Shown one piece after another: positions 25,897-35,275 of a DNA stretch of 35,275 nucleotides. The DNA comes from Phycisphaerales bacterium. GTDB taxonomy: Bacteria > Planctomycetota > Phycisphaerae > WQYP01. The first letter of the stretch is position 1; every line of letters starts with the position of its first letter. Both the position numbers and the translations under genes were made by a program. The DNA is taken from NCBI GenBank assembly GCA_027451365.1, contig DAIDJN010000046.1, forward strand, positions 1-35,275, read 5' to 3'. The notes below the pieces were generated by a model. That model did not search any database and was not told the DNA's origin. It saw only the letters and a list, made by a program, of their open reading frames with translations.

Positions 25897-27477
25897 TCAT
25901 TCAGCTTTCATAAGAGCCTGATAATGCAGCAGATGATATTGCACTCGCTTGCGTTCACGGCCCTGTAATTTTGGCATCGCCTTGTTAAACCAGTAAACCG
26001 CCCTGCTTTCCAGATTCAGTTTTTCCAGACCAGTCGCGTTTCTCGCCAGCCGCCACCATGCATCACCCGCGGCCACCTGCGCCGCCGGCTGAACAGGAAG
26101 CGCCTTGTCCCGGCGAGCCGCATCGCGAATTTTTGTATTCTTCGCATGGGCAAGATACACAAGCCCTTCTTTCCATCGCCCCTCGCCAAAACAAAGATAT
26201 TCACCTATTGATTCGTTGAGTTTAGGCGTGGCCGTCCCGGCGCTGACCGCGCTCATCGCAATTGAAAAATTCGCCCGCAAGGTCTTGATCTCCGCCGCCA
26301 TCTGATTCCAAACCGCCAGACGGGCGGCCGCCAGACGCGAACTTTTTGCATGGGACGCCTGCACGATGGCATCGTTAAGCAGTTTCAGCGCTTTGTGGTA
26401 ATGCCCCTTAAACAGCAGTTGTACAAAGCCCTGGTTCACCAGCGGTGCGGCGCAATTGAAACACCATCGGGCCATGCGCCGCATTTCCATTGCGTAATAG
26501 GCGTTCTCCTTTTCCCGCGCCGCGGCGGTCCACCAGAGTTTAGCCTCCCGCAGTTGCGGAGCAGGCGGCATCGGCGGTTGAATGGTAAAATCCATGACGC
26601 CCAATTTCCCAATTTCCCGCCAAGTCGGGTCAGCGGATCGCACCAGATATTTTGCGCCTGCGGAAACGTAATCCTCAGTCACAATTTTGTACAACCCGAC
26701 GATCTGGTTGGCCTTCGGGTCATCCGGATGTGTCAGCAGCCGCTTTTCGGCCGCCAGATATTTTTTGAGCATCGGTCGCTGATCGTGAATACGCGTCAGC
26801 AATATGCGAAACTCAGCCGCTTGCTTGCGCTGATTGAAACGTAAGGCTAACCGTAAACCGTCGACGGCGATCTGCCTGGCTGCCGCCAGGTCGCCGGTCT
26901 GCACCGCCTGGCTCGCCCAAGTCGCGATCGCCTGCAAATTCGATGAAACAGCGTAATAGTTAAGAAATTTCGACGCCGCCCAAAGATGAACGAACTTCGC
27001 CTCTATCTTCTCCCGTTTTACCTGATAATGGGTAACCATTCGCAGAATCGCGCTTTGACCATATTGAAAAAATCCGAAAGTCCCGCTTAAACGTATGGCC
27101 AAGTCCAGAGCTACATAACAGCGAATTGGATGGGGCTGCGGATTGTTTTCAACAGCGCCGAGCTTCTGTAAAAATTGGCCGACTGTAAATCGATTGATCC
27201 TTCCACGATATAACCCGTTAAATGTGGCCTCCAGCGTCTGACGGGCCGGGGCCTGATCCGCCTGCGGCGGAACGGGCAGTAAGATTGACTTTACGCCACT
27301 CCCCGGCGAAGGCCGAGTTGCAGGCCCATTGCGATTCACCGGTGCCGACCAACACACTCCCGGACCGCATACCATTGTCGCAGCCAATAGCAAAGGCACG
27401 GCCAAAATGGTACCCCGCAGCAAGTTTGGCCTCCGTCGATTGGGTCCGTCGGACTTGCCGTTGATCATGTTTTCCAT
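25897..27477 (-). CDS. Secreted basic hypothetical protein with two copies of a planctomycete-type helical domain
   Basis: The ORF is open to 27609, but a start at 27477 or 27468 fits the GAAGG RBS and the signal-like segment NLLRGTILAVPLLLAATMVCGPGVCWSA. Internal duplication: ANQIVGLY...G..YL...WW.AA...ARW.F vs LNESIGEY...G..YL...WW.LA...AVYWF. Confidence 0.8.
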   Translation of the reverse strand: MENMINGKSDGPNRRRPNLLRGTILAVPLLLAATMVCGPGVCWSAPVNRNGPATRPSPGSGVKSILLPVPPQADQAPARQTLEATFNGLYRGRINRFTVGQFLQKLGAVENNPQPHPIRCYVALDLAIRLSGTFGFFQYGQSAILRMVTHYQVKREKIEAKFVHLWAASKFLNYYAVSSNLQAIATWASQAVQTGDLAAARQIAVDGLRLALRFNQRKQAAEFRILLTRIHDQRPMLKKYLAAEKRLLTHPDDPKANQIVGLYKIVTEDYVSAGAKYLVRSADPTWREIGKLGVMDFTIQPPMPPAPQLREAKLWWTAAAREKENAYYAMEMRRMARWCFNCAAPLVNQGFVQLLFKGHYHKALKLLNDAIVQASHAKSSRLAAARLAVWNQMAAEIKTLRANFSIAMSAVSAGTATPKLNESIGEYLCFGEGRWKEGLVYLAHAKNTKIRDAARRDKALPVQPAAQVAAGDAWWRLARNATGLEKLNLESRAVYWFNKAMPKLQGRERKRVQYHLLHYQALMKAE

Positions 27478-27605
27478 TCCAGCACCTTCCATTGACATCA
27501 ACGTGAACCCAGTTGGAGCTATTGCCTCCGACATCCAATTTGGCCAACTGGCCAGCGGCGGCCGGTCAAACCGATCACAATTACTGAATTTATCGGCATA
27601 TTCGG

Positions 27606-28988
27606 TCAATGCCCTGCCAATTTATCATAAAGAGCCGCCGCCGTGCGGATTCCGCCGTAAAAGCAGGCTAAATCCAGCTTTTCATTGGGGGCGTGCAGAT
27701 TATCATCGGGCAGGCCGAAACCGACCAGCACACTGTCAATTCCCAGAATTTCCTTAAACCAAGCCACGACCGGAATGGATCCCCCTTCCCGTATCAGCAC
27801 TGGAGGCTTTCCGAACCCTGTTTCCAAGGCCCCCGCCGCTGCCCGCACCGCTGGCGAATCAGATGGTGTCAGCACAGCCGGCGATGCGCTTAGACATTCC
27901 ATGGAAAGCGTAACGCCTTCAGGCACCGCAGCCCGCATAAATTCCTCAAATGAGGCGCAGACCGCCGCTGGATCCTGTCCGGGCACCAGACGCATGGAAA
28001 CTTTTGCTGTAGCCATACCGGGTAATACCGTTTTGGCACCAACCCCCTGATATCCGCTGGTCAGCCCATTCACGTCCAGGGTTGGTCGCGACCATCGGCG
28101 TTCCAGTGTGGAATAGCCAGCCTCGCCCGCCAGGATATTTAATCCCAAGGCGGTCGCGAACTCCTGATCGGAAAACGGCAATTCCTTCCATTGTTGCAGG
28201 ATGGCCTTTTCAGGATTGACCAGACCCTCATAAAAATGGGGAACGGTCACCCGCCCATCCCGATCATGCAAGGTGCCCAGCATCCGACAAAGTGCATTTG
28301 CCGGATTGGCCACTGCTCCGCCATAGACGCCACTGTGCAGGTCCTGACTGGCCCCGCGCACAGTCAATTGGTAATACACCAAACCACGAAGGCCGGTTGT
28401 AATAGCCGGAATTCCCGGGGCGAACTGGCTTGAATCACTGATAATCACCGTGGTGGCGGTTTTTAATTCCTCGCGATGACTTTCCAGCACGCGCCGCAGA
28501 TTCTGCGATCCGGTTTCCTCTTCACCTTCCAGCAAAACCGTTAAACGCACTGGTAATTCAGAAGCGATCTGTTTCCACGCGACCAGCGCCGCCAGATGAC
28601 AAAACACCTGGCCTTTGTCATCACTGGCGCCGCGCGCAAACAGCCGTCCATCCCGCACGACAGGCGTAAACGGCGGCGAGATCCATTGGTCCAGCGGTTC
28701 GGCTGGCTGAACATCGTAATGCCCGTAGAACAGCACGTGCGGCGCATCCGGGCGGCACAGGCCATCGGGCGTTTGCGCCAGCACGCAGGGATGGCCTGCG
28801 GTTGGTAAAAGCCGCGTATTCATTCCGGCACCACGCAGATAAAACATGGCCCATTCCGCCGCCGCGACGGTATCTTTAAGATGCTCCGGATTGGCTGAAA
28901 CACTGGGAATGGACAACCATTGCTTCAGATCGTCCAGCCACGCCCGACGGTTTTTTTCGATCCAGATTAAAACAGTGTCCAGCATCAT
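27606..28988 (-). CDS. M20 family metallo-dipeptidase (ArgE/DapE/CNDP-like)
   Basis: YGHYDVQP, ARGASDDKGQ, EGEEE.GS, DLHSG.YGG, GGSIP and HAPNEK motifs. Confidence 0.95.
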   Translation of the reverse strand: MMLDTVLIWIEKNRRAWLDDLKQWLSIPSVSANPEHLKDTVAAAEWAMFYLRGAGMNTRLLPTAGHPCVLAQTPDGLCRPDAPHVLFYGHYDVQPAEPLDQWISPPFTPVVRDGRLFARGASDDKGQVFCHLAALVAWKQIASELPVRLTVLLEGEEETGSQNLRRVLESHREELKTATTVIISDSSQFAPGIPAITTGLRGLVYYQLTVRGASQDLHSGVYGGAVANPANALCRMLGTLHDRDGRVTVPHFYEGLVNPEKAILQQWKELPFSDQEFATALGLNILAGEAGYSTLERRWSRPTLDVNGLTSGYQGVGAKTVLPGMATAKVSMRLVPGQDPAAVCASFEEFMRAAVPEGVTLSMECLSASPAVLTPSDSPAVRAAAGALETGFGKPPVLIREGGSIPVVAWFKEILGIDSVLVGFGLPDDNLHAPNEKLDLACFYGGIRTAAALYDKLAGH

Positions 28989-29303
28989 GCCGCTCCATGC
29001 ATATCTGTGGAAGGCCGCCCCGGCACGAAATCAAAATAACCCGACCGAGCAGCGCAGCCCTGCACGGGCCGCCATCCGGAATTGTATCGTCAGCCAAAAA
29101 TCAGGCCACCCTGTCATCCGTGGCGGAAAAGACGTTCCGCCTTTGAGCGAATACTTAAACCGGCATCATGAAGTCAGAAGCGGATGTTCCAAACCCGAAA
29201 AAAAACGAATTGTGATTGAAGCAGGCCCGCAGAACCGGAAAATTGCGGCAGAATAGTGAATCTATTCCGGGCCGGTCCATTTTTCCGAAGCGGCGACAAC
29301 CGT

Positions 29304-29717
29304 TCATCCGGGGATAATCAGGCGGGATGCCGGAGTCGCCGCGGACGAAGTTTTTTCGTCTATCAGCGTGGCTTCCACCGGCTGGTTTACGCCTTCAGTT
29401 ATTGCGTCCTGTACAGCACGCATCAGGTCCATGTATTCAATCTGTGAGGCTATAAGCTTTTTTAAAAACGGGTGAATTGATACGCTTTGTTGCAGCGACT
29501 GAATCTTCTGCTTTTCCGAAATGTCCAGCGGCTGGCCGGAAGCTTCCTTCATTGCCAGCACTTCCATGGCGCGCTCGAACTGTTCCAGCAGGCTCCGGGC
29601 ACCAATATCAAGTTCCAACTGCCGGGATAATTCGCGGTAGTTGCGGACAGGCGCCTGGCGGCCAATCACGCTTCCCAGCTTTTTTGCTTCGGTTAACAAC
29701 ATGTCCTGATCAGCCAT
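29304..29717 (-). CDS. YlbF/YmcA (Com_YlbF) family protein
   Basis: Helical ~137 aa protein with A..LG..I...Y.....L..D..A..L..F and ...HP....L...Q..Y..LM..V...I patterns. Likely start ATG 29717 (GGGAG upstream). Confidence 0.75.
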   Translation of the reverse strand: MADQDMLLTEAKKLGSVIGRQAPVRNYRELSRQLELDIGARSLLEQFERAMEVLAMKEASGQPLDISEKQKIQSLQQSVSIHPFLKKLIASQIEYMDLMRAVQDAITEGVNQPVEATLIDEKTSSAATPASRLIIPG

Positions 29718-29898
29718 TTTCAGCTCCCGAGTCACCGGTCAATCGATTAAAACAGGCCTACCAATCAGCCTGTGGTAAATCATACCCGAATTGGCGGTGG
29801 CCAACCATCAACAGCCACCGTCTTGTTTCTGAATGTCGGCGAATTATCCGGGTGGTTTGCGCCCCATTTTGTAACTGGCAGGGATTTCGGGAAGGCCA

Positions 29899-30720
29899 TT
29901 ACTGGGAGGCCTTGGCCGCCTCCGCTGGAACGCCTGGCGCAAACAACGCCGCCCCGACCCGAACAATTGTAGCCCCCTCTTCCACGGCCACTTCAAAATC
30001 GCCGCTCATACCCATTGAAAGTTGCGTGAAGTGCGGCCCTCCGGTTTTGCGTGCCGCAATGTCCTCAAACAATTCCCGCAATCGAACAAAGGCCGGCCTG
30101 GCCTCCTCGGGATTATCCGAATGACGGGCCATGGTCATAAGCCCCATGAATTTCAAGCCTGGAACATTCGCAGTTTCTTCCGCGACGTGGAACGCGGCCA
30201 TCGGAGGCATCCCATATTTAGCCGGATCGTCTGTCGTGTTGACTTCGAGCAGAATCGGAACTCGGATGCCCCGGCGCACACCTATTTCCCCCAGCAGTTC
30301 CACCAGCCGCAGTGAATCTGCGCTGTGAATCAGGTTGGAATATGTGACCGCGGCGGCGGCCTTGTTGGTTTGCAGATGGCCGATCATGTGCCATTCAACC
30401 GGGGATTCCGACAATGCTGCGTGGCTACCTCCGTAATTGGAAGTGGAAGAGTCCTCGGCCGGGCGTTCAAGCCATGCTTTTACTTCGGTTGCGCGGACCT
30501 GAAGTTGCTGCACCCGACTTTCACCAAAACTGCGGTGACCGGCGCGAATCAGATCATAAATCTGGTCCAGACGACCACTTTTGGTGACAGCCACCAATTT
30601 TATGCCAGTTGGATCGCGACGCACGCGCGCCGCGGCCGCGGAAATCCGGGCCTGTATGCTGCGCAGGTTTGCGCTCACATCCACTCCGCTGGCTAAGTTC
30701 GTTTGCATCATCCGATCCAT
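29899..30720 (-). CDS. yggS: PLP homeostasis protein (YggS/PipY/PROSC family)
   Basis: LVAVTK, FGESRVQ, WHMIGHLQTNK, GLMTM and LSMGMSGDFEVAVEEGATIVRVG motifs. Start placed at ATG 30720 after GGAGG (uncertain). Confidence 0.93.
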   Translation of the reverse strand: MDRMMQTNLASGVDVSANLRSIQARISAAAARVRRDPTGIKLVAVTKSGRLDQIYDLIRAGHRSFGESRVQQLQVRATEVKAWLERPAEDSSTSNYGGSHAALSESPVEWHMIGHLQTNKAAAAVTYSNLIHSADSLRLVELLGEIGVRRGIRVPILLEVNTTDDPAKYGMPPMAAFHVAEETANVPGLKFMGLMTMARHSDNPEEARPAFVRLRELFEDIAARKTGGPHFTQLSMGMSGDFEVAVEEGATIVRVGAALFAPGVPAEAAKASQ

Positions 30721-30860
30721 GCCCATCCTCCGCCGCCGGTCGGCCGCGGGTACGTTCCAACCGAATCGGTTAACCACCAATTGTAAGGTCTGCCGCCGTC
30801 GAGCGAAACACTTCCCGGCGTTAATAAGCCGACGACAGGACCGGTTCCTGCGCCGGATTC

Positions 30861-31904
30861 TTATGCAGCTGGCGATACAAGTTCCCTTGGCGCGGCATCT
30901 GTTCCCGAATCCAGTTGCGTCTCATGCATTTGACGCCGCCATCGCAGGAAATCATCCACTGCCGCGTCAAAATCGGCGGGGGATTCAATCAGACGCATTG
31001 CATCGCGCAGCATTCGACACGGGTTCATGTGTTTGGCATACCAACTGATGCGCTTGCGGAATTCGCAGACCGCGACCCGCTGGTTCCTAAAATGGATGAG
31101 GTTATAAAAATGGTCCCGCATCAGGCGGCATTTGGCGCCAATATCCGGCTCCGGTGGAATCACTCCGCTGGTCAGGAAGCTGTGCGTGTCACGGAATATC
31201 CAAGGTTTGGCTAATGCCGCCCGACCAATCATCACACCGGCGCAACGGGTGAAGCGAATCATATCCGCGGCATCCTGTGGTGAAAGGATATCGCCATTGC
31301 CAATCACGGGAATGCGGTCCACCGCGGCGACGACTTCCGCAATGCCCTCAAGCCGTACGCGGCCCTGAAATTTCATTTCCGTGGTGCGACCATGAATGGT
31401 AATGGCCGCAAAGCCGATCTGTTCCAGCCGATTGGCCAGAAATGGAGCGACAAGGCGCTGGTCATCCCATCCCAGCCGCATCTTTGCGGTCAGCGGCACG
31501 TCCCGGACCACTCGCGCCACTTTTTCCGCGATGGAAAGCGTGGAATGCAGATTACACAGGAGGGCAGAGCCGCCATCACGCTTAGTGATTTTATCCACCG
31601 GGCAGCCCATGTTGATATCCACGAGACTGGCACCATGGTCCTGCGCCCACCGAGCGGCATCGCAGAGCTTTTCGGGATCGGCACCATACAGTTGCATGGC
31701 CAGTGGCTGGTCTTCCGGACAAGTCGCCGCAAGTTCCATAGAGCGTTTGTTTTCCCGCAGGACGCCTTCCGGGCAAAGCAGGTCAGTACATGCCAGTCCT
31801 ACGCCGCCGCAGGATCTTGCCACCAGGCGAAATGAAACGTCGCAGTAGCCGGCAATGGGGGCCAGCAGCAGATTGGATTTGAGTTTCAGATTGCCTATCC
31901 GCAT
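30861..31904 (-). CDS. dusB: tRNA-dihydrouridine synthase (DusB-type)
   Basis: LAPIAG, DINMGCP, KMRLGWD, IHGRT, NGDI and GVMIGR motifs; likely start MRIGNLKL at 31904. Confidence 0.92.
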   Translation of the reverse strand: MRIGNLKLKSNLLLAPIAGYCDVSFRLVARSCGGVGLACTDLLCPEGVLRENKRSMELAATCPEDQPLAMQLYGADPEKLCDAARWAQDHGASLVDINMGCPVDKITKRDGGSALLCNLHSTLSIAEKVARVVRDVPLTAKMRLGWDDQRLVAPFLANRLEQIGFAAITIHGRTTEMKFQGRVRLEGIAEVVAAVDRIPVIGNGDILSPQDAADMIRFTRCAGVMIGRAALAKPWIFRDTHSFLTSGVIPPEPDIGAKCRLMRDHFYNLIHFRNQRVAVCEFRKRISWYAKHMNPCRMLRDAMRLIESPADFDAAVDDFLRWRRQMHETQLDSGTDAAPRELVSPAA

Positions 31905-32084
31905 GAAAATCTCATACTTTGGTTGACGCGGGCCGCGGGTTCTTCCAAACCAATAATGGGTATTGTAATCCGCCGGAGGCTTTCCGGTAAACCGATGTTT
32001 TATATGGGACGCACCGTCCGCCTGCGTGAATCGATGCCGGGTCGGCAACGGGCAAAAGTCGTCGGGCGGCCAATTCTGCCGCAG

Positions 32085-32119
32085 TTGGAATTTTTAGCGC
32101 GAGCCGTTATAGTAACGGC
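32085..32119 (+). promoter_or_regulatory. Candidate promoter of tRNA-Leu with an inverted repeat over the -10 box
   Basis: TTGGAA (32085-32090), 17 nt spacer, TATAGT (32108-32113). The inverted repeat GCCGTTA-TAG-TAACGGC is at 32103-32119. Confidence 0.55.
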
Positions 32120-32123
32120 GTCC

Positions 32124-32206
32124 GCGGGCGTGGCGGAATTGGCAGACGCGCTAGATTCAGGTTCTAGTGTCCAAAAGACTTGGAGGTTCGACTCCTCTCG
32201 CCCGCA
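32124..32206 (+). tRNA. tRNA-Leu (anticodon CAG), CCA not encoded
   Basis: Acceptor stem GCGGGCG/CGCCCGC, D loop GGAATTGGCAGAC, anticodon arm CTAGA-TTCAGGT-TCTAG, long variable arm, T arm GGAGGTTCGACTCCTC. Confidence 0.96.
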
Positions 32207-32208
32207 GT

Positions 32209-33420
32209 TCATGAGTTTCTTAATCCCCAAAGGTGCTCACGCCGGTATGCCGCCGGTGTAAAACCCAAGACTTGGCGGAAAGTACGGACCATATTCGGCA
32301 CCGCACTGAACCCACAGATATCCGATACATGTTCTAGATTTTCTTCCGGGTGGCGCAACAACCGCATCGCATTTTCAACACGAACGCGGATAATTTCGTC
32401 GTGCGGCGTGCGTCCGACTTTTTCCAGAAAATGCCGCTCAAGCCAGCGTCGTCCGACCGGAACATGCCGCAGAACATCCTTCACGGAACAAGGATCGCAC
32501 GCATGATGACGGATAAAGCGGATGGCATCAGCCAGCTGCGGCTCGCTGACCGCCAGAACATCGCTGCTCATTCTTCGAGCCACGCCTTTTGGCGATACCC
32601 GAATTTCGCGACTGGCGACAGGGATCGACTGTCCGTTGATTAACGCATGCATCAATTGGGCCGCCAGAAAGCCAACCTGTACAAAATCCACCTCGACGCT
32701 GGAAAGTGGCGGCCAAGAGCTTTCGCATAATAAATCGTCGTTGTTTACGCCCACAATTGCCACCTGTTCGGGTACGCTGATATTCGCGTGCAGGCATGCC
32801 GCGGCCAAATCATGCGCCGCCATATCGTCGCAAGCCAAAATTCCAACCGGCTTGGGCAGGCTTAACAGCCACGCCTGCAGACCTTTCCAATGCTTGCGAG
32901 ATGCCCACTGATATATTTCGGGCCAGCCCACAGGCGACACGTCACATGAATAGCGCTTTTCAGCCAGTGTTTCAATAAAGCCGCGCTGTCGCAATAGGGA
33001 AAACTTGCTCTGCGGACGGCCGTAAAAGCCATAATGAACCAGTCGACATTCCATTAAATGTCGCGCCGCCACACCGCCAACGGCCCGATCATCCGCACTG
33101 ACCACCGGCGCAACAGAGGGATCTGCACTTCCGGAACATTGCACCAGGAAGCGTGAGCTCTTGCGGATAGTGTCCAAAAGTCCCGGAGCACCGCCGCTGA
33201 TGATGGAGCCGGTGCATTGTGGCCAATGGAAGTTTTCAGAAAATCCACCGCGCAATTCTTCATGCAACAGCCAGCACCGTCGCGCGTTGGCGAATCGCAT
33301 GACTCCGCGCAACAAAGCCCGACCATGGCCCATTACACCATCCACAGCAATGCCTACCATGGGTCTGGTCAATGCCTGATCCGGGCGAATAGGGCGCTTT
33401 TTGCGAAATTTCTTTTGCAC
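32209..33420 (-). CDS. XylR-type transcriptional regulator (periplasmic-binding-like sensor domain + AraC HTH)
   Basis: LPKPVGILACDD, VPEQVAIVGVNND.L.C....PPLSSV, R.SSDVLA and C-terminal AraC HTH (LERHF...GRTP...CGF....R.F....G.TP..YR). Confidence 0.93.
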   Translation of the reverse strand: MQKKFRKKRPIRPDQALTRPMVGIAVDGVMGHGRALLRGVMRFANARRCWLLHEELRGGFSENFHWPQCTGSIISGGAPGLLDTIRKSSRFLVQCSGSADPSVAPVVSADDRAVGGVAARHLMECRLVHYGFYGRPQSKFSLLRQRGFIETLAEKRYSCDVSPVGWPEIYQWASRKHWKGLQAWLLSLPKPVGILACDDMAAHDLAAACLHANISVPEQVAIVGVNNDDLLCESSWPPLSSVEVDFVQVGFLAAQLMHALINGQSIPVASREIRVSPKGVARRMSSDVLAVSEPQLADAIRFIRHHACDPCSVKDVLRHVPVGRRWLERHFLEKVGRTPHDEIIRVRVENAMRLLRHPEENLEHVSDICGFSAVPNMVRTFRQVLGFTPAAYRREHLWGLRNS

Positions 33421-33504
33421 GATGGAATGCTACCATGCCGCAACCGGAATGGGAAACAACGGCGGCCGACCGCGGGTCCGGACTCAGGCCCAAAAATCGT
33501 TTTT

Positions 33505-35037
33505 TTAACCGGGCAGCAATATCAGCAGTATGGCCAGCGCCACGAGTCCCACCACAAGGCGATTCACCCATTTCATGCGCCGTTCAAAACGGTACCTTTC
33601 CTGGGGCGAGCGGGCCAGCCGAAAAAGCAGAGTCACCCGATCGCGAATGCTTGGGTGCATCCAATCAGGTTTATTGACGGAGCGGCGGGTAATGGCGGAA
33701 AGATGCATCAGGGCATCGGCCATCACACTGGCGCCGGCCTCTAGCGGGGACTGCTGGGCGAAACCCGCCCCCGATTCATGGCCTCCGACTGGATGGTCAA
33801 GTTGCACCATCCATGGCACATGCTGCACAGGAGCGGTAGCGGCCAGTTCCGGAATCGCCACAATAATTGGCGGAGGGGCCGGCGTGGCAATAGCGGAGTA
33901 ACTATCTGCCATGTGCCGCGCTGCAAACCAATCGGCCTGATGTTCGCATTGGCGGCTTATTCGGGAAAATCCCGTCATAAACGCCAAGCCTATAACTGCA
34001 ATATCCAGCAAATTAAACAATTCATCGTGGCCGGGCCAATGGGTCATTGCCAGTCCCGTAAGCGCGCCGGTAATCCACTCAATGGCTGTTAGCACCATAA
34101 TATAACGGATGACATGCCGATGATGCGCATGGCCCACCTCATGCGCAAATACCGCCAGAAGTTCCTCGAGGCTTAGTGTCTCAAGGAGTAAATCTGTAAT
34201 CAAAAAATAACGCGCCACGCGCCCTGGCCCCAACACCGCCGCGTTAGGCACAAGGAAACAGGTATTGACAATCCGGATGTCCGTAAAGCGAATATTCCAT
34301 TTGCCCGCAAGAGATTCAAGTTTGGTTCGCAAAGGTCCGGCTGGCAACGGACGGGTATCCCAAAATCGTACCAGAAGCCATGGCATTGCAATGAAAAGCA
34401 ATAACATGCCCACCAGGCTGAGGCCTGTCGCATACGATTGGAGACCATTATTATTTAATCTATTCAGAGCGATTCTAAGCAATTGGTCCGCCAGAAGAAT
34501 AAACAGCATAAACGGCAATTGTCCGCGCACATTCATGATTATGTATGTCCGCCAGTCGGGAAACGGGTGAGCTGCAATTTTCGCCGTTCCGGCCAAATCG
34601 CCCTGAACCTGACTCCGCCGATCTACGCGATGTACCCAATGGCTGACAGACCACAGCCCCACCCACGCCAGAAGGACCGGAACCAGCCAGATCGATTGAG
34701 CCGCAACACGAATGTGTTTGAGTCCCCAGTCATGCCAAACCAGGTGGCCAAAATCCAGTACCCATAAATTAACCACCACAATGCCGCAAGCTGCCATTCG
34801 CAGTCGGGCCATTTGCTGATCAAATTTGCCCAACGCGTCGGCTCCCTCGACGGCGTGAGTAAATGCGTGGATAGTCTTTCGCGCAAAATAAAATGCTATC
34901 ACCAATGGCAAAAGAATCAGACAAGATTCCGCCATGAAGCTGACCAGCGGCGAAGCATGAATCATTCCGTGCCGTGGAAATGCGGTATACATTTCCATAA
35001 GAACAATGAGCAATATCGCCTGCAATGGAGAAAACAT
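33505..35037 (-). CDS. M48 family (Ste24/HtpX-like) integral membrane zinc metalloprotease
   Basis: Multiple TM segments; PNAAVLG, AVFAHEVGH (HExxH), EHQAD and HPS...R motifs. The ORF is open to 35196; a start near 35037 is more plausible. Confidence 0.88.
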   Translation of the reverse strand: MFSPLQAILLIVLMEMYTAFPRHGMIHASPLVSFMAESCLILLPLVIAFYFARKTIHAFTHAVEGADALGKFDQQMARLRMAACGIVVVNLWVLDFGHLVWHDWGLKHIRVAAQSIWLVPVLLAWVGLWSVSHWVHRVDRRSQVQGDLAGTAKIAAHPFPDWRTYIIMNVRGQLPFMLFILLADQLLRIALNRLNNNGLQSYATGLSLVGMLLLFIAMPWLLVRFWDTRPLPAGPLRTKLESLAGKWNIRFTDIRIVNTCFLVPNAAVLGPGRVARYFLITDLLLETLSLEELLAVFAHEVGHAHHRHVIRYIMVLTAIEWITGALTGLAMTHWPGHDELFNLLDIAVIGLAFMTGFSRISRQCEHQADWFAARHMADSYSAIATPAPPPIIVAIPELAATAPVQHVPWMVQLDHPVGGHESGAGFAQQSPLEAGASVMADALMHLSAITRRSVNKPDWMHPSIRDRVTLLFRLARSPQERYRFERRMKWVNRLVVGLVALAILLILLPG

Positions 35038-35275
35038 AGGTTTAATCCTACCGCAATTCCACCAAATATTCGATGAATCGCGGATATCCCTTTTACGCAA
35101 AAGGTTCCATAATTTTCCGGAATGACCGAATGGTATTGCAATCTGTGCGCACAAAGCATATTTTAAGCACGATGCCGAAGCCACCGAATCAGACATTTAT
35201 CGCCCGTCAGTTGCATTTAGCCCCCGGAACGGTTTCGCGCGCCTTGCGACAGGAACCGGGAATTAAGCCGGAAAC

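Noticed and set aside
28846..30124. Plus-strand ORFs 28846..29256 and 29477..30124
   Set aside because: They overlap well-supported minus-strand genes and show no recognisable features.
20896..32206. Genomic island bounded by the two tRNAs
   Set aside because: No integrase or duplicated tRNA 3' end was seen, and the interval contains housekeeping genes (yggS, dusB, M20 peptidase).

Overview
Bacterial chromosomal window, most likely Planctomycetota (inferred from an N-terminal LEPR-xLL leader and a planctomycete-type helical repeat protein). The first 13.5 kb is one uninterrupted minus-strand reading frame that the supplied ORF track misses because it runs off the left edge. It encodes a giant (>=4,519 aa) extracellular protein: LEPR-xLL leader, 2 PKD-like domains, 2 FN3 domains, about 19 Big_9/cadherin-like Ig repeats, then >=2,100 aa of Gly/Ser/Asn/Ile-rich beta-solenoid-like repeats. 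The C-terminus is outside the window. The rest is dispersed sugar metabolism (L-fucose-isomerase-family enzyme, sugar-phosphate isomerase/epimerase, Rbs-type ABC transporter, XylR-type regulator) mixed with housekeeping genes (sppA, dnaG, M20 dipeptidase, YlbF-family protein, yggS, dusB, M48 protease, tRNA-Val(TAC), tRNA-Leu(CAG)) and a basic secreted protein with a tandem unnamed helical domain. No CRISPR array, integrase, transposase or rRNA was seen. All calls were made by eye, without database searches.
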